Notes: generated from the sequence alone by a model not told the origin. DNA of 64,000 nt from Treponemataceae bacterium (GCA_963667725.2 CAXXHO010000003.1:704001-768000); one strand, 5' to 3'; shown: positions 1-10,284, counted from the stretch's first letter. Translations and numbers: made by a program.

Positions 1-934
1 CGAGCATTCCCCGAATTTTTTCGCTATGGATCACGCCTCCCGTGAAGGCGAGGGCGTCGGGTCTGCCGCCGAATAGAGGAAGGAAGCTGGAGACCCCCTT
101 CGCGATCTGGTAGACGTAGGCGTCGATGACCGACTTGGCTTCCGTATGGTCTTCGGCAAGCTTTAGTATATCCTGAATGTTTCTCATGCCAAAGTGCGAC
201 ACCATGCCGCCTTCGTGCGCCAGCTCTTTTACCGCTTCAGGTATGGAAATCGCTTTGGCCTCCATGTATTCCAGCAACTTGAGGGTAGGAAGCCCGCCGG
301 CCCGTTCCACCGCGAAGGGCCCTTCCTGGTCGCTGTTGTAGAGGTCGACCATCCGTCCACGCAGGTGGGCGCTGATGGATCCTCCTCCTCCGAGGTGTGT
401 CACTATAAGCCCGGCGTCGGCATACTCCATCCCGATCTCCCGGGCGGCTTTTTTCGCGACCGATTTCATGGAGAGAGCATGCGAGAGCGAAGCGCGGCTG
501 ATGTCTTTGATGCCGGTGATCCTCGCCGTCTCGTCCAGTTCGTCGACGCTGATGGGGTCAACTGTGTAGCCGGGTACGCCGAATTCCTTTTCGAAATCCC
601 AGGCCATGACCACCGCGATGTTCGCGGGATGCTGGCCCTGGAGTCCGCGCTTCGCGTGGCCGACCATCTCTTCGTTCACCCGGTAGACGCCCGACGATAC
701 GGGCTTAAGCCGCCCTCCGCGGGCGGCGAAACCGTCAAGCTGTCGGGGGTCTACGCCAATGCGCTCCAAATGATCGAGGACGCCCTGCCTGCGAGCGCGA
801 TATTGATCGGGGAACAGCGGCAGGTCCAGAAAGGCGCCGACATGTTCCAGCTTAGCGCTGTCGACGCATCGCTCATCTTCGTAGAGAGCGGTGCGCGTCG
901 ATGTGGACCCGGGGTTCACCACCAGGATAAGCAT
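1..934 (-). CDS. buk: Butyrate kinase / branched-chain carboxylic acid kinase (3' end runs off the window)
   Basis: Not in the ORF track; translated manually from ATG at 934. MLILVVNPGSTSTRTALYED, VDPISVDEL, THLGGGGSISAH and EGPFAVERAG match acetate/butyrate kinase motifs. Confidence 0.88.
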   Translation of the reverse strand, partial: MLILVVNPGSTSTRTALYEDERCVDSAKLEHVGAFLDLPLFPDQYRARRQGVLDHLERIGVDPRQLDGFAARGGRLKPVSSGVYRVNEEMVGHAKRGLQGQHPANIAVVMAWDFEKEFGVPGYTVDPISVDELDETARITGIKDISRASLSHALSMKSVAKKAAREIGMEYADAGLIVTHLGGGGSISAHLRGRMVDLYNSDQEGPFAVERAGGLPTLKLLEYMEAKAISIPEAVKELAHEGGMVSHFGMRNIQDILKLAEDHTEAKSVIDAYVYQIAKGVSSFLPLFGGRPDALAFTGGVIHSEKIRGML

Positions 935-939
935 TTCTT

Positions 940-2208
940 CTAAGCCTTTCCCACAACGTCGCCGACGATTTTGGCGATCAGGGACTCTTCGAGGACCGTC
1001 TTTCTGATGCGACCTTCCCCATGGATCCTCTCGAGGATGTCCTCGAGCTGCTTTTCCGTCGCTTCGATGCCGTTCTGCCGCAGATAATACTTCACGCTGG
1101 CGTTTCCGCTGAAGGCTCCGTATTTTATTTCCGGACCGGGCCTGCCCACCAGCTGGGGCATGTAGGGGGTCATCGCCGCGTTGATGCCGGCGTCGTTCAA
1201 CTTGTCGAGAGCGTCGACGACGACGCCCGATTCGACCCAGAACAGTCTTTCGCCTACGACGGGACTGTTGTACGCGGGCGACAGCTTCGCTATATCCTGC
1301 ACCAGTTTCGACACGTTCCACAATTTGGAGATGTCGACGCCGGAATCGATGTTGAGCAGGATTTTGAGCGCCGCGGCCACTTGTTCCGTCGCGACGTTTC
1401 CTGTCCTCTCGCCGAGCCCATTCATCGAAGAATGAATCGTTCTCGCGCCTCCCATGACGGCGGCAATCACCGACCCCATGGCCAGGCCGAATTCGTTATG
1501 GACATGGAATTCGAGTCCAATCTTTTCGGGGATCACTTTCCGCAGTTCCTCAAAAGCGAACTGGATGGCCGAAGGTGTACCCACTCCGAAACTGTCGACG
1601 AAGGCTACGGTTTCCGGATTGGCCGCCGCCGCGATCCTGCCGAAGGTGTCAAGGACGTAATCGATGGACGAGCGCGTCGCGTCCCAGCCCATGAAACTCA
1701 CCTTGGTGCCGTTCTTCCTGGCCATTTCGATGCAGTTCGTCACTTTTTCGACGACCTGATCCATGGTGCTGTGATAGACATAGGCGTTCAGGTAAGGATT
1801 GACCGCATGTTCCACGATGATACGGTCGACGCCCACTTCGAGGGCTGCCTCGATATCCTTGGGCATCGCCCTGCAGAATGCGACGATCTCGCTTTTGAGG
1901 TGCATTTGTTTCAGACGCTTGATCGCCCTGCGATTCTCGTCGGAAATTATGGGCATGCCCACCTCGATACGGTCGACGCCAAGCTCGTCGAGGGCTTCGC
2001 CGATCCTGACGCGGTCATCTTCCCTCCACACGAGACCGCAGGTCTGTTCGCCGTCTCGCAGGGTGACGTCGTGGATGCTCACTCTTTTCGGCAGTTTGGC
2101 GTAGGAGGCTCCTTCGAGGTAATTCTGGGGGGAGACCCAGCGCTGCGCGTCAAAATATGGCGTGCCTTTCATGGGCATGCCTTTTAGTTCATGTAATTCG
2201 TTTGTCAT
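940..2208 (-). CDS. LeuA/homocitrate synthase-like DRE-TIM metallolyase (pyruvate carboxyltransferase family); substrate unknown
   Basis: DVTLRDGEQT, HVHNEFG and GLGERTGN motifs; 422 aa with no LeuA regulatory domain. Confidence 0.85.
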   Translation of the reverse strand: MTNELHELKGMPMKGTPYFDAQRWVSPQNYLEGASYAKLPKRVSIHDVTLRDGEQTCGLVWREDDRVRIGEALDELGVDRIEVGMPIISDENRRAIKRLKQMHLKSEIVAFCRAMPKDIEAALEVGVDRIIVEHAVNPYLNAYVYHSTMDQVVEKVTNCIEMARKNGTKVSFMGWDATRSSIDYVLDTFGRIAAAANPETVAFVDSFGVGTPSAIQFAFEELRKVIPEKIGLEFHVHNEFGLAMGSVIAAVMGGARTIHSSMNGLGERTGNVATEQVAAALKILLNIDSGVDISKLWNVSKLVQDIAKLSPAYNSPVVGERLFWVESGVVVDALDKLNDAGINAAMTPYMPQLVGRPGPEIKYGAFSGNASVKYYLRQNGIEATEKQLEDILERIHGEGRIRKTVLEESLIAKIVGDVVGKA

Positions 2209-2286
2209 TTCCGTTTCCTCCTAGCTTTGCTATATAAAATTTGCCGTCAAAAATATTCGCTGTTGCCTGCTCCAGGCGACTTCGTC

Positions 2287-3018
2287 TCAATCTTTCGCGA
2301 AATACATATCCTGGATCATCTGGTTGGAGTGGATCTCCGACACCGGGCCTTCCATGACGATCGATCCCTGCGACAGAATATAGATTCGATCGCTCAACGG
2401 CAGGGACAGCTTGGCGTTTTGCTCCACGATCAGAAGCGTGAGTTTCGTGTTCTTCACGATTTCCTTCAAGGTCCTGAAAATTCTCTGGACGATAACGGGG
2501 GCCAAACCCATGGAAGGTTCATCGATCAAGACGAGATCGCATTTGGAGACAATCGCTCTCCCGATTGCGAGCATCTGCTGTTCGCCGCCGCTCAACGACC
2601 CGGCCTGCTGATTTTTTCGGGTAATCAGTTCCGGAAAGAGCTGGTAAACCTCATCGATTTTCGCCTTGCGCGAAGCGCCCGGAATTCTGGTGGCCGCGAC
2701 TTCGAGGTTCTCGTTCACCGACATCGCCGGAAACACCTGTCTCCCTTCCGGAACATGGGCAACGCCTTCCTTGACGATAGTGTATGCCGGTTTGCCCACA
2801 AGTTGCGCGCCGCAGAACTTGATGCTGGAGCCGCTCTCCGGCTTCACCAGTCCCGAAATCGTGCGCAGGAGCGTCGTTTTTCCGGCCCCATTGGGGCCCA
2901 GAACCGATACCACCTCGCCTTTATTGACATACATGGAAACGGATCGAAGCGCGGTGATGCCGTTATACGCCACTTTCAGGTTTTCGATTTCGAGCATGGC
3001 TTCGTGATTGCCGTTCAT
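2287..3018 (-). CDS. livF: Branched-chain amino acid-type ABC ATPase (LivF-like)
   Basis: GPNGAGKT, LSGGEQQM, DEPSMGLAP and VEQNA motifs. Start moved to ATG 3018, which overlaps the upstream stop. Confidence 0.88.
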   Translation of the reverse strand: MNGNHEAMLEIENLKVAYNGITALRSVSMYVNKGEVVSVLGPNGAGKTTLLRTISGLVKPESGSSIKFCGAQLVGKPAYTIVKEGVAHVPEGRQVFPAMSVNENLEVAATRIPGASRKAKIDEVYQLFPELITRKNQQAGSLSGGEQQMLAIGRAIVSKCDLVLIDEPSMGLAPVIVQRIFRTLKEIVKNTKLTLLIVEQNAKLSLPLSDRIYILSQGSIVMEGPVSEIHSNQMIQDMYFAKD

Positions 3019-3779
3019 TCTTCGTCTCCCAAATAGGCGGTTATGACCGCCCTGTTCTTTTCGATCTCCTCGAATGGTCCCTGGGCGATCACTTCGCCGA
3101 AATTGAGCACATACACCCAATCAACGGCTTTTCTGATGAATTCCATGGTGTGTTCGACCAGCAGCATGGTGATTCTCTTTTCCTTGAGGATATCCATGAT
3201 GCGCAATACCTCGACAAATTCTTCCTTCGTCATTCCGGCCGCGGGTTCGTCGAGCAAAAGCAGGGAAGGTTCGAGCGCGAGAGCCCGGGCAATTTCCAGC
3301 GCGCGCCTTTTACCGTACGGAAGCTTGGACGGATAGGACATCGCGTCGCTTTCGAGGCCCAACAATCGTAGAAGCTCCATCGACTTTTCGTACTGTTCGT
3401 CTTCCTCGCGGCGCAGTTTTTTTGACCTGAACGCCACGTCAAAAAGCGATGACGAGATGAATTTGCCCCTTGGAACCAATACATTCTCCAGAACATTCAG
3501 CCGATCGAAAAGCTGGATCCTTTGAAAAGTCCTGGCGATTCCCATGGAGGCTACTTTGCACGCCGGTTGCTGCGATATCTCCGTTCCCTTGAATTTGATG
3601 CTTCCCGATGTGGGAGGGAAAATGCCGGAAATCTGATTGATGAAGGTCGTCTTGCCCGAACCGTTTGGGCCTATCAGGCCGGTCGTTTTTCCTTCCGTTA
3701 TTAAAAGGTCGATCCCGTTGTTCGCTATGATGCCGCCGAATTTTTTCGTAAGCGCTTTCGTTTCCAGAATATACGACAT
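3015..3779 (-). CDS. livG: Branched-chain amino acid-type ABC ATPase (LivG-like)
   Basis: GPNGSGKT, GIARTFQ, LPYG..R.LEIARALA and DEPAAG motifs; C-terminal AYLG. Confidence 0.88.
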   Translation of the reverse strand: MSYILETKALTKKFGGIIANNGIDLLITEGKTTGLIGPNGSGKTTFINQISGIFPPTSGSIKFKGTEISQQPACKVASMGIARTFQRIQLFDRLNVLENVLVPRGKFISSSLFDVAFRSKKLRREEDEQYEKSMELLRLLGLESDAMSYPSKLPYGKRRALEIARALALEPSLLLLDEPAAGMTKEEFVEVLRIMDILKEKRITMLLVEHTMEFIRKAVDWVYVLNFGEVIAQGPFEEIEKNRAVITAYLGDEE

Positions 3780-3781
3780 GA

Positions 3782-4783
3782 TTATGCTTTCTCCTTGCCT
3801 TTTGGGTTACGCAAGGTCATAGCTCGCGGATTTTCGCCCCAAAGCCGTGATAGACCATTGAAAAGGCTTGCCCCGAGCCCCTTTGGAAGGAAGATGATGA
3901 TGAGGAGAACGATGGACGCGTTGACTATCAGATAGTAATTCTCGAAGCCCCTGATGTTAAGGCGGAGCAGTTCGGGAAGCCATGTGAGCAGTACACCTCC
4001 GATAACGCCGCCGCTCATGTGGCGCAGGCCACCGACGACGGCCATCGCGACGGCGTTGCCCGATTCGAAAAAGACGAAAGGCTCCGGCGTGAGAAATCCC
4101 AGCATGTGAGCGTAGAGACTGCCCGAGAGTCCCGCCAGGGCGGCGGAAAAGCTGAACGCCATAATCTTCGTGTTTTTGGAGTTGATTCCGCAGGCTTCGG
4201 CGGCGATTTCGTCGTCGTTCACCGCGAACATCTTTCGTCCGATATGCGAATATTTTATCCGGTTAATCAAAACGAGAGACAGAACGGCGAAAGCGAGAAA
4301 CACATAATAGTACATCGCGTTCGAAAACAAATTATTCCCTATTTTCATGAGAGGAATGTTGAACAGACCCTGGGATCCCCCGGTCAGCTTCGTCAGATTC
4401 ACAAGCAAAAGCCATACGATCTGCCCGAAGGCGATCGTCATTAGCGAAAGGAAGAAAGCCTTCAGCTTGAATGAAGGGATCGCCACCAAAAGTCCAGCGA
4501 AAGCGCTGAGCGCGACGCCAGCGAGGATGCCGACGGGAATGGGCAGTCCCAGTTTCACGGTCACGAGCGCCGAGGTATATGCTCCGATCGCGGAGAAGCC
4601 TGCCTGACCAAGAGAAATCTGCCCCGCGAAGCCGGTAAGAAATACCAAGCCTGAAGCCAAGATCACATTCAGCAGGGCTCGATTTGTCACGAAAAGATCA
4701 TAATCGTTCCTGCTCAGCAGAGGCATGCAGAGGAGGAAGGTGAAAAACAGGAAATAGATGATTCGTTTTATTATTTGGCGCAT
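3782..4783 (-). CDS. livM: Branched-chain amino acid-type ABC permease (LivM-like)
   Basis: GFAGQISLGQAGF..IGAY motif and many TM segments; start at MRQII after a GGAG RBS. Confidence 0.85.
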   Translation of the reverse strand: MRQIIKRIIYFLFFTFLLCMPLLSRNDYDLFVTNRALLNVILASGLVFLTGFAGQISLGQAGFSAIGAYTSALVTVKLGLPIPVGILAGVALSAFAGLLVAIPSFKLKAFFLSLMTIAFGQIVWLLLVNLTKLTGGSQGLFNIPLMKIGNNLFSNAMYYYVFLAFAVLSLVLINRIKYSHIGRKMFAVNDDEIAAEACGINSKNTKIMAFSFSAALAGLSGSLYAHMLGFLTPEPFVFFESGNAVAMAVVGGLRHMSGGVIGGVLLTWLPELLRLNIRGFENYYLIVNASIVLLIIIFLPKGLGASLFNGLSRLWGENPRAMTLRNPKGKEKA

Positions 4784-4787
4784 TGCT

Positions 4788-5681
4788 TCAGTCTCCTTTG
4801 GTTGTCCAGTTAAAAATGCCTCGCGGCTTCCAGAGCAGTACGACAACGAGAATCATGAAGGAGATGATATCCTTGTAGGCCGACGAAATGAAAAGCGTGG
4901 AAAAGTTCTCGATCAAACCTATCGTGATTCCGCCGAGAATAGCGCCGAAAGGATCGATCAAGCCTCCCATCACCGCGGAAGCGAATCCTTTCACGCCGAT
5001 CGATCCGCCCCCGAGTTCCAGGGACACGAAATATATAGGGGCGAGTAAAATGCCCGCTATGCCGACTATCGTGGTCGCCATCATGAAGGCGATGGATGTT
5101 GTCAGGTTGACGTTGACGCCCATAAGCGCCGCGGCTTCCTTGTTCTGAGCGGTTGCCCTGAGCATTTTTCCTATGAAAGTCTTTCGGAGAAGAAAGTAAA
5201 GACCGAGAATCAGCAACAATACGACCAGGAATATCCAGAAATAGACCGAAGGGATGCTTATCGGTCCCATCTGGACAAAACTAGTGGCTTCGCCGAAAAC
5301 GGGGGGGAAGGGCTTCGGAAGACCGCCGAAGGTGGCGTTTATGACCGACAGCCACAATATGCACAACATCAGCGTGGCGACAACGAATTCGAGTTTGTCT
5401 CCGCCGTGCCGGGTGATCGGTTCATAGACGAGATAGCGCAACAACATCCCATAAATCGCGATGATCAGTATCGAACAGATGAAAGATAGAAAAAACCCGA
5501 AATGCAGCTGAGTATAGAATGTGTAAAACAAGTACGCGGCAAGCATCGCTGAACTTATGTTCGCGAAATTTATCCTGTTTATGCTCTGCCAGAGGAAAAC
5601 GACGCCGAGGCCTATAAGTCCATAGGTGGACCCCACGGTTACACCGCCAATAATATTTTGAAGAAGATCATTAAAAAGCAT
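4788..5681 (-). CDS. livH: Branched-chain amino acid-type ABC permease (LivH-like)
   Basis: YGLIGLG, INFA, G..LRATAQN..AA.LMGVN and KPRGIF motifs. Confidence 0.85.
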   Translation of the reverse strand: MLFNDLLQNIIGGVTVGSTYGLIGLGVVFLWQSINRINFANISSAMLAAYLFYTFYTQLHFGFFLSFICSILIIAIYGMLLRYLVYEPITRHGGDKLEFVVATLMLCILWLSVINATFGGLPKPFPPVFGEATSFVQMGPISIPSVYFWIFLVVLLLILGLYFLLRKTFIGKMLRATAQNKEAAALMGVNVNLTTSIAFMMATTIVGIAGILLAPIYFVSLELGGGSIGVKGFASAVMGGLIDPFGAILGGITIGLIENFSTLFISSAYKDIISFMILVVVLLWKPRGIFNWTTKGD

Positions 5682-5708
5682 GGATGTTTCCTCTCAAAGC
5701 CTGGAATT

Positions 5709-5745
5709 TAGCCAATCCGGCCGGGAGTACCTGCCGAATTGGCTA
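5709..5745. other. Intergenic stem-loop between the binding-protein and permease genes
   Basis: TAGCCAATccggc...gccgaATTGGCTA inverted repeat. Such hairpins typically stabilise mRNA after binding-protein genes. Confidence 0.55.
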
Positions 5746-5774
5746 CGAAGAAGCGAAACGCTAGGAATGTCTGA

Positions 5775-6920
5775 CTATTGAATCTTCGTGATTATCTTCC
5801 ATATCTTGCCGTCGAACTGCGAGATGTAGCAGATGTCGGTGTAATTGTGCAGCGCGTCCATCTTCATTCTCCCCTGTACGCCAGTATATTCGATGGTCGA
5901 CAAGGCTTCGGTAATCTTCACGGAATCGGTGGATCCGGCCGTTTCGATCGCCTTTTTCAGCAGATAAACGCCATCATAATAGCACTGGGCGGGATCGCTG
6001 GGCTCTCTGCCCCATTTGGCCTTGTAGGCGTCCACGAAGGCTTTCACGGGCGGATCGGTATCCGCGGGGTTGAATCCTTGTACCGAGATTACGCCCACGG
6101 CCGCGTCGCCAGCCAGGTCCGTGAAGGCGGGAACGCCCCAAGCCGAGAAACCGACGACAGGCGCGGTGAGCTTCATCTGGCGATACTGCTTCATCACGAC
6201 GGCCGCTTCTGGCTCATGGGTAAGTCCGACGAGACAATCGATGCCCGCGTTCTTGAGCTTGGTGATCTGGGCGGTGACGTCCTTGTCGCCCTCTTTCATG
6301 TTCTCTATATCGACGATCTTTATGCCGTATTTCGCGAAGGCTTCTTTGGCGACGTCGAGCGCCGAAGTGCAATAGTCCGTGGATCCGACGATGACGCCTG
6401 GCCTTTTCGCCTTGAGCACTTCCGCTATGTACTTGACTTGCTGGGCGACTTTGATGCCGTCATCGGCGCGAAGCCTGAACAGATAGTCGTTCTTAACTTT
6501 GTCGAATCGGAAGGAAGGGGAAGTGGCTCCCACGAGCATGGGTTTCTTGGCCTGCTGGGCGAGCGTATGCACGCCGATGACCGCCGCGCTCATGTTCGGG
6601 CCGAATATCGCCACGGCCCTATCGTCGAAGAGCGCCCTGCGAACGACCGTCGCCGCCGTGCTTGCGTTCGCCTGGTCGTCATAGACCACGAGGTCGAACT
6701 TCGCGCCCGCTACACCGCCAGAGGCGTTGATCTCGTCTATGGCAAGCAAGGCGCCCTGTTTGATGTAGTCGCCCAGGATCGACCCCAGCCCTGTAAATGG
6801 GGCGCTGAGAGCAATTTTAATAGGCTTCGACGGGTCTATTTTCCCCTGTCCCCAAACGTTGCCGTTTATGAGGATGAGCAGAATCAAGCCTACGAAAACC
6901 TTTCGAGAGAGCTTTTTCAT
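5775..6920 (-). CDS. ABC substrate-binding protein, LivJ/LivK family
   Basis: Signal peptide; AIDEINASGGVAG..LVVYDD and YYDGVYLL..AI..AGS motifs. Confidence 0.88.
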   Translation of the reverse strand: MKKLSRKVFVGLILLILINGNVWGQGKIDPSKPIKIALSAPFTGLGSILGDYIKQGALLAIDEINASGGVAGAKFDLVVYDDQANASTAATVVRRALFDDRAVAIFGPNMSAAVIGVHTLAQQAKKPMLVGATSPSFRFDKVKNDYLFRLRADDGIKVAQQVKYIAEVLKAKRPGVIVGSTDYCTSALDVAKEAFAKYGIKIVDIENMKEGDKDVTAQITKLKNAGIDCLVGLTHEPEAAVVMKQYRQMKLTAPVVGFSAWGVPAFTDLAGDAAVGVISVQGFNPADTDPPVKAFVDAYKAKWGREPSDPAQCYYDGVYLLKKAIETAGSTDSVKITEALSTIEYTGVQGRMKMDALHNYTDICYISQFDGKIWKIITKIQ

Positions 6921-6954
6921 AAAATCCTCCTATTCCCGATGCTTCATAAAATAT

Positions 6955-7008
6955 ATGATGCATCATGCATGATTGAAGAACAGTATACCGATACTTTTCA
7001 TATGTCAA
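6955..7008 (-). promoter_or_regulatory. Putative sigma70 promoter and palindromic operator for the liv-type operon
   Basis: TTGACA (7008-7003)-N17-TACTGT on the minus strand; palindrome ATGATGCATCAT at 6955-6966 in an AT-rich intergenic region. Confidence 0.5.
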
Positions 7009-7173
7009 TCTTTTTTATTTCTTAATTTCTTGTTGAAACAATCAATGATTATTTTAATGATTAAATTGGGATGAGGTTGAGAACATGGGTTGTGGATACT
7101 TAAGGCTGTAACTGTAGGTAAGTATTGGAATGCTCTCTAAAATGGCTCAGTTAGCAAGCCTTCGCTAATATGA

Positions 7174-7205
7174 AACGGCCGCGCCCTGTCCAGGGCGCGG
7201 CCGTT
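7174..7205 (-). terminator. Intrinsic terminator of the TRAP operon
   Basis: Perfect GC-rich inverted repeat AACGGCCGCGCCCTG-tc-CAGGGCGCGGCCGTT just after the dctM stop. Confidence 0.75.
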
Positions 7206-7227
7206 CTAGTTTTAACTCAAACAATTA

Positions 7228-8511
7228 CTATCTTCCCATAAGCTTCAGCAATCCGATGCTCGCGTCGGGGATGTAGGTAACAAGCAGCAGGGCGAGGAAC
7301 ATGGCTACTATGAAAGGGAGAGCCTTCTTGACGATTTTGTCGAGAGGAATACTCGTCATGCCCGAAGCCACGAAGAGGTTGGCTGCGACCGGCGGCGTCA
7401 CGAAACCGATGGCGAGATTGATCGTCATCATGATTCCGAAATGGACGGGATCTATGCCATAGGGCCTCAGGGCGAGCAGAAGGATCGGCGAGAAGATGAT
7501 GTTCGCCGAGGTGGTGTCCATGACCATGCCGACAAAGACAAGGAAAACGTTCACGATCAGGAGGACGATGATCTTGTTGCTCGAGATGCCGAACAGGAAG
7601 GCGGTCAGCCCCTGCGGAATCTGGAGGAGGGACAGCACCGCGCCCATGGCCGCGGCGGGGGCGAAGGTCAGCATCATGCCGCCCACGAAGGAGGTGTTGC
7701 CGACGAGCATCTTCCAGAGGTTCTTCCAGGTCAGTTCCTTGTAGATGAAGACGCCGACGATGATGCCGTAGAAAGTAGCTATGACGGCAGCCTCGGTCGG
7801 GGTAAAGATGCCGCCGTAGATGCCGCCCAGGATGATGACGGGCATGAGCAAGGCCCATATGCCTTCCCAGGTAGCCTTGAGGAGAGCCTTCATGCTGAAT
7901 TTTTGGCCGTTGCCAAGATAGCCGGCTTTCTTGGAGAGAACGATGTTGGGGACGATGAGGAAAGCGGCCACGATGAAGGCTGGCACGATGCCGGCGAGGA
8001 AGAGGTCGCCGATTGAGGTGTTGGTGGCGACGCCATAGACGACGAGGGGAATGCTGGGAGGCATGATGACGCCCAAGCCTCCGGCGACAGCCGACAGTCC
8101 AGTCGCGTAGGTTCTGTCGTATCCCGCCTTCTTCATGTAGGGGATCATGATGCCGCCGATGGCGGCCACCGTCGCGGGGCCGGAGCCGGAGATGGCTCCG
8201 AAGAAAAGGCAGGCGACGACAGTGACGGTTCCGAGGCCGCCTACCGTATGCCCGAGCGCCTTGTCCGCCATGTTGACGAGCCTTTTCGACAGGCCGCCCG
8301 TCTCCATGACGGCGCCGGCGAGCATGAAGCAGGGTATCGCCGTCAGCGGCAGGGATTCGAAGCCGGAATACATGGACTGCGCGAGGAAGGTCAGGTTCGT
8401 CGTTCCGAAGCCCATCGCGACGGCCATCATGCCGAGTCCGAGGGAGATTCCAACGGGCACGCCTATACCGAGGAGTACGACTGCCACCATTGCCAATACT
8501 AGTGATGCCAT
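7228..8511 (-). CDS. dctM: TRAP transporter large permease
   Basis: AIPCFMLAG, GAISGSGPATVAAIG, PPSIP, FTPTEA and GFVTPPV motifs. Confidence 0.93.
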   Translation of the reverse strand: MASLVLAMVAVVLLGIGVPVGISLGLGMMAVAMGFGTTNLTFLAQSMYSGFESLPLTAIPCFMLAGAVMETGGLSKRLVNMADKALGHTVGGLGTVTVVACLFFGAISGSGPATVAAIGGIMIPYMKKAGYDRTYATGLSAVAGGLGVIMPPSIPLVVYGVATNTSIGDLFLAGIVPAFIVAAFLIVPNIVLSKKAGYLGNGQKFSMKALLKATWEGIWALLMPVIILGGIYGGIFTPTEAAVIATFYGIIVGVFIYKELTWKNLWKMLVGNTSFVGGMMLTFAPAAAMGAVLSLLQIPQGLTAFLFGISSNKIIVLLIVNVFLVFVGMVMDTTSANIIFSPILLLALRPYGIDPVHFGIMMTINLAIGFVTPPVAANLFVASGMTSIPLDKIVKKALPFIVAMFLALLLVTYIPDASIGLLKLMGR

Positions 8512-8514
8512 AGC

Positions 8515-9030
8515 TTACTCCCCTTTGCCTTTTTCAATGCCGCCGGCCTCAGGCTTGCGGATTTGGAAGTCCTTGACCTTCTGGATGCTGTCCTGCGCGA
8601 GTCTCAAGAGCATCAAGCCGAACATGGCCGGCAGGATGGAATAGTTGATCCACTTCGGAATGCCGATGACAGCCGTCGCCGTTCCGCTTCGAAACAGCCT
8701 GATGACGATGGGCATGATCCCGAACATCACGATGCAGCTGAAAACGGCAAAGAAAAAGTTTCCGACGAGATCGAGGATCAGGCGATTTTTCGGATTGACC
8801 TTGTCGAGCAGGATTTCGAGGCGGAGATGCTGATGTCTTCGGATAGCCGCGCAGGCGCCGAAATAGATCGACCATACGAAGAGGATAAGGGCGAGTTCCT
8901 CCGACCAGGAAAACGCTTGGTTGAAAACATACCTGGAGACGACCTGAGCGAACAGGACGAGGAACATGGCGCCCGACGCCACCGCTCCCAGGTATATTTC
9001 GATTTCATTGAGGAATTTCCTCACAGTCAT
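8515..9030 (-). CDS. dctQ: TRAP transporter small permease
   Basis: QVVSRYVF..AFSWSEEL and H(LRLE) motifs; four TM segments. Confidence 0.9.
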   Translation of the reverse strand: MTVRKFLNEIEIYLGAVASGAMFLVLFAQVVSRYVFNQAFSWSEELALILFVWSIYFGACAAIRRHQHLRLEILLDKVNPKNRLILDLVGNFFFAVFSCIVMFGIMPIVIRLFRSGTATAVIGIPKWINYSILPAMFGLMLLRLAQDSIQKVKDFQIRKPEAGGIEKGKGE

Positions 9031-9113
9031 AAATCCCTTCCTTTTTAAAACTGAGGGCAACCCGCTCGATGGAACCGCGGGTTGCCCATGGCTCTATGCC
9101 ACGATGATCAGTA

Positions 9114-10235
9114 TCAGTAGCCCATCTTCTCGATGGAGTTCTTGATCGAGTTGAAGTAATCGGCGCCGATCCTCTTGGCGGCTTCGGTCCAGGTGTCGGT
9201 GGAAAGCTTCCTGAACTTGGCGAATTCATCCGCGGAGAGTTCGTTCATCGTCATTCTTTCCTTGAGTTTCTCGATCATCTTCGCTTCGGTCTTTACGAGT
9301 TCGGGGCCGGAATAGTCCTGGGCGATTTTCGCGCTTTCGGCAACGGCTTTCTGAATGTCGGCGGGGAGGGATTTCAGCCACTTGTCGTTGGTCACCGTCG
9401 CGCCAGCCGTGTAGAGATGGTTCGTGAAGGTCAGGTATTTCTGAACTTCGGCATAGTTCTGGGCGAAGATGTTGGCGATGGGGTTTTCCTGGCCGTCGAC
9501 AACTTTCTGCTGGAGGCTGGTGAAGAGTTCGGCGTATGCGATGGGCGTAGCGGCGGCGCCGAGCTTGTTCATGGCCATGATATGGAGGGGGTTGTTCTGG
9601 GTGCGGATCTTCAGGCCCTTGATGTCTGAAACCTGGTCGATCGGGCGCTTGCTGTTCGTGATATGGCGCATGCCAATGGCTCCCATGATCATGACGCTGA
9701 GGCCGGTGTCCTTGATGCACTTTTCGTTCATCAGTTTTCCCGGCTCGCCGGCGACGATCTTGTAGCCCGCTTCCAGGTTGGGAACAAGGAACATGACGTC
9801 CAGGGGCATGAAGGCTTTGGTGTATTCAGCGAAGGCGCCGACGTTGTAGGAATAGGACTCGAAATTGCGGGACTGCAGGCCGCCGAGGATCTGGTCCGCC
9901 GAGGTGCCGAGGCTGCCGTTGTAGTAGATCTGGAATTCAACCTTGTCGCCCAAGCGCTTCTTCATCTCGATGAAAAATTGTCTGTCGCCGCGAGCCACGG
10001 GGGAGTCGAGCAGGTTGCCGGTGACTGCTCCATGTCTCCATACGATCTTCTTGGGGTTATTGGACTTGGCGTCGACGGTTTTCCAGATCGCCTCATCAGC
10101 CGCTGAGAGCGGCGTGGCGATGGAGAGGGCGAAAGCGGTGACGTCCAGTTTCTGTGCCGCGACATTGGACACGAGCCCGGTGAGGGCAAAGAAAATCACA
10201 AGCGCGGTGGCGGTGATTCTGGTTCCTGTCTTCAT
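9114..10235 (-). CDS. dctP: TRAP substrate-binding protein
   Basis: Signal peptide; GLKIRTQ (conserved Arg) and ELFTSLQQKVVDGQENP motifs. Confidence 0.92.
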   Translation of the reverse strand: MKTGTRITATALVIFFALTGLVSNVAAQKLDVTAFALSIATPLSAADEAIWKTVDAKSNNPKKIVWRHGAVTGNLLDSPVARGDRQFFIEMKKRLGDKVEFQIYYNGSLGTSADQILGGLQSRNFESYSYNVGAFAEYTKAFMPLDVMFLVPNLEAGYKIVAGEPGKLMNEKCIKDTGLSVMIMGAIGMRHITNSKRPIDQVSDIKGLKIRTQNNPLHIMAMNKLGAAATPIAYAELFTSLQQKVVDGQENPIANIFAQNYAEVQKYLTFTNHLYTAGATVTNDKWLKSLPADIQKAVAESAKIAQDYSGPELVKTEAKMIEKLKERMTMNELSADEFAKFRKLSTDTWTEAAKRIGADYFNSIKNSIEKMGY

Positions 10236-10284
10236 ATATTCCTCCTTGCTTCAACATGGATGTCCACAGGGACATCCTGAAAAA

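Noticed and set aside
194..943. 249-aa plus-strand ORF
   Set aside because: Antisense shadow of the minus-strand butyrate kinase; no recognisable motifs.
6921..7227. AT-rich gap as a mobile-element end or ncRNA
   Set aside because: Explained by a terminator plus promoter/operator; no terminal repeats, transposase or recognisable RNA fold.
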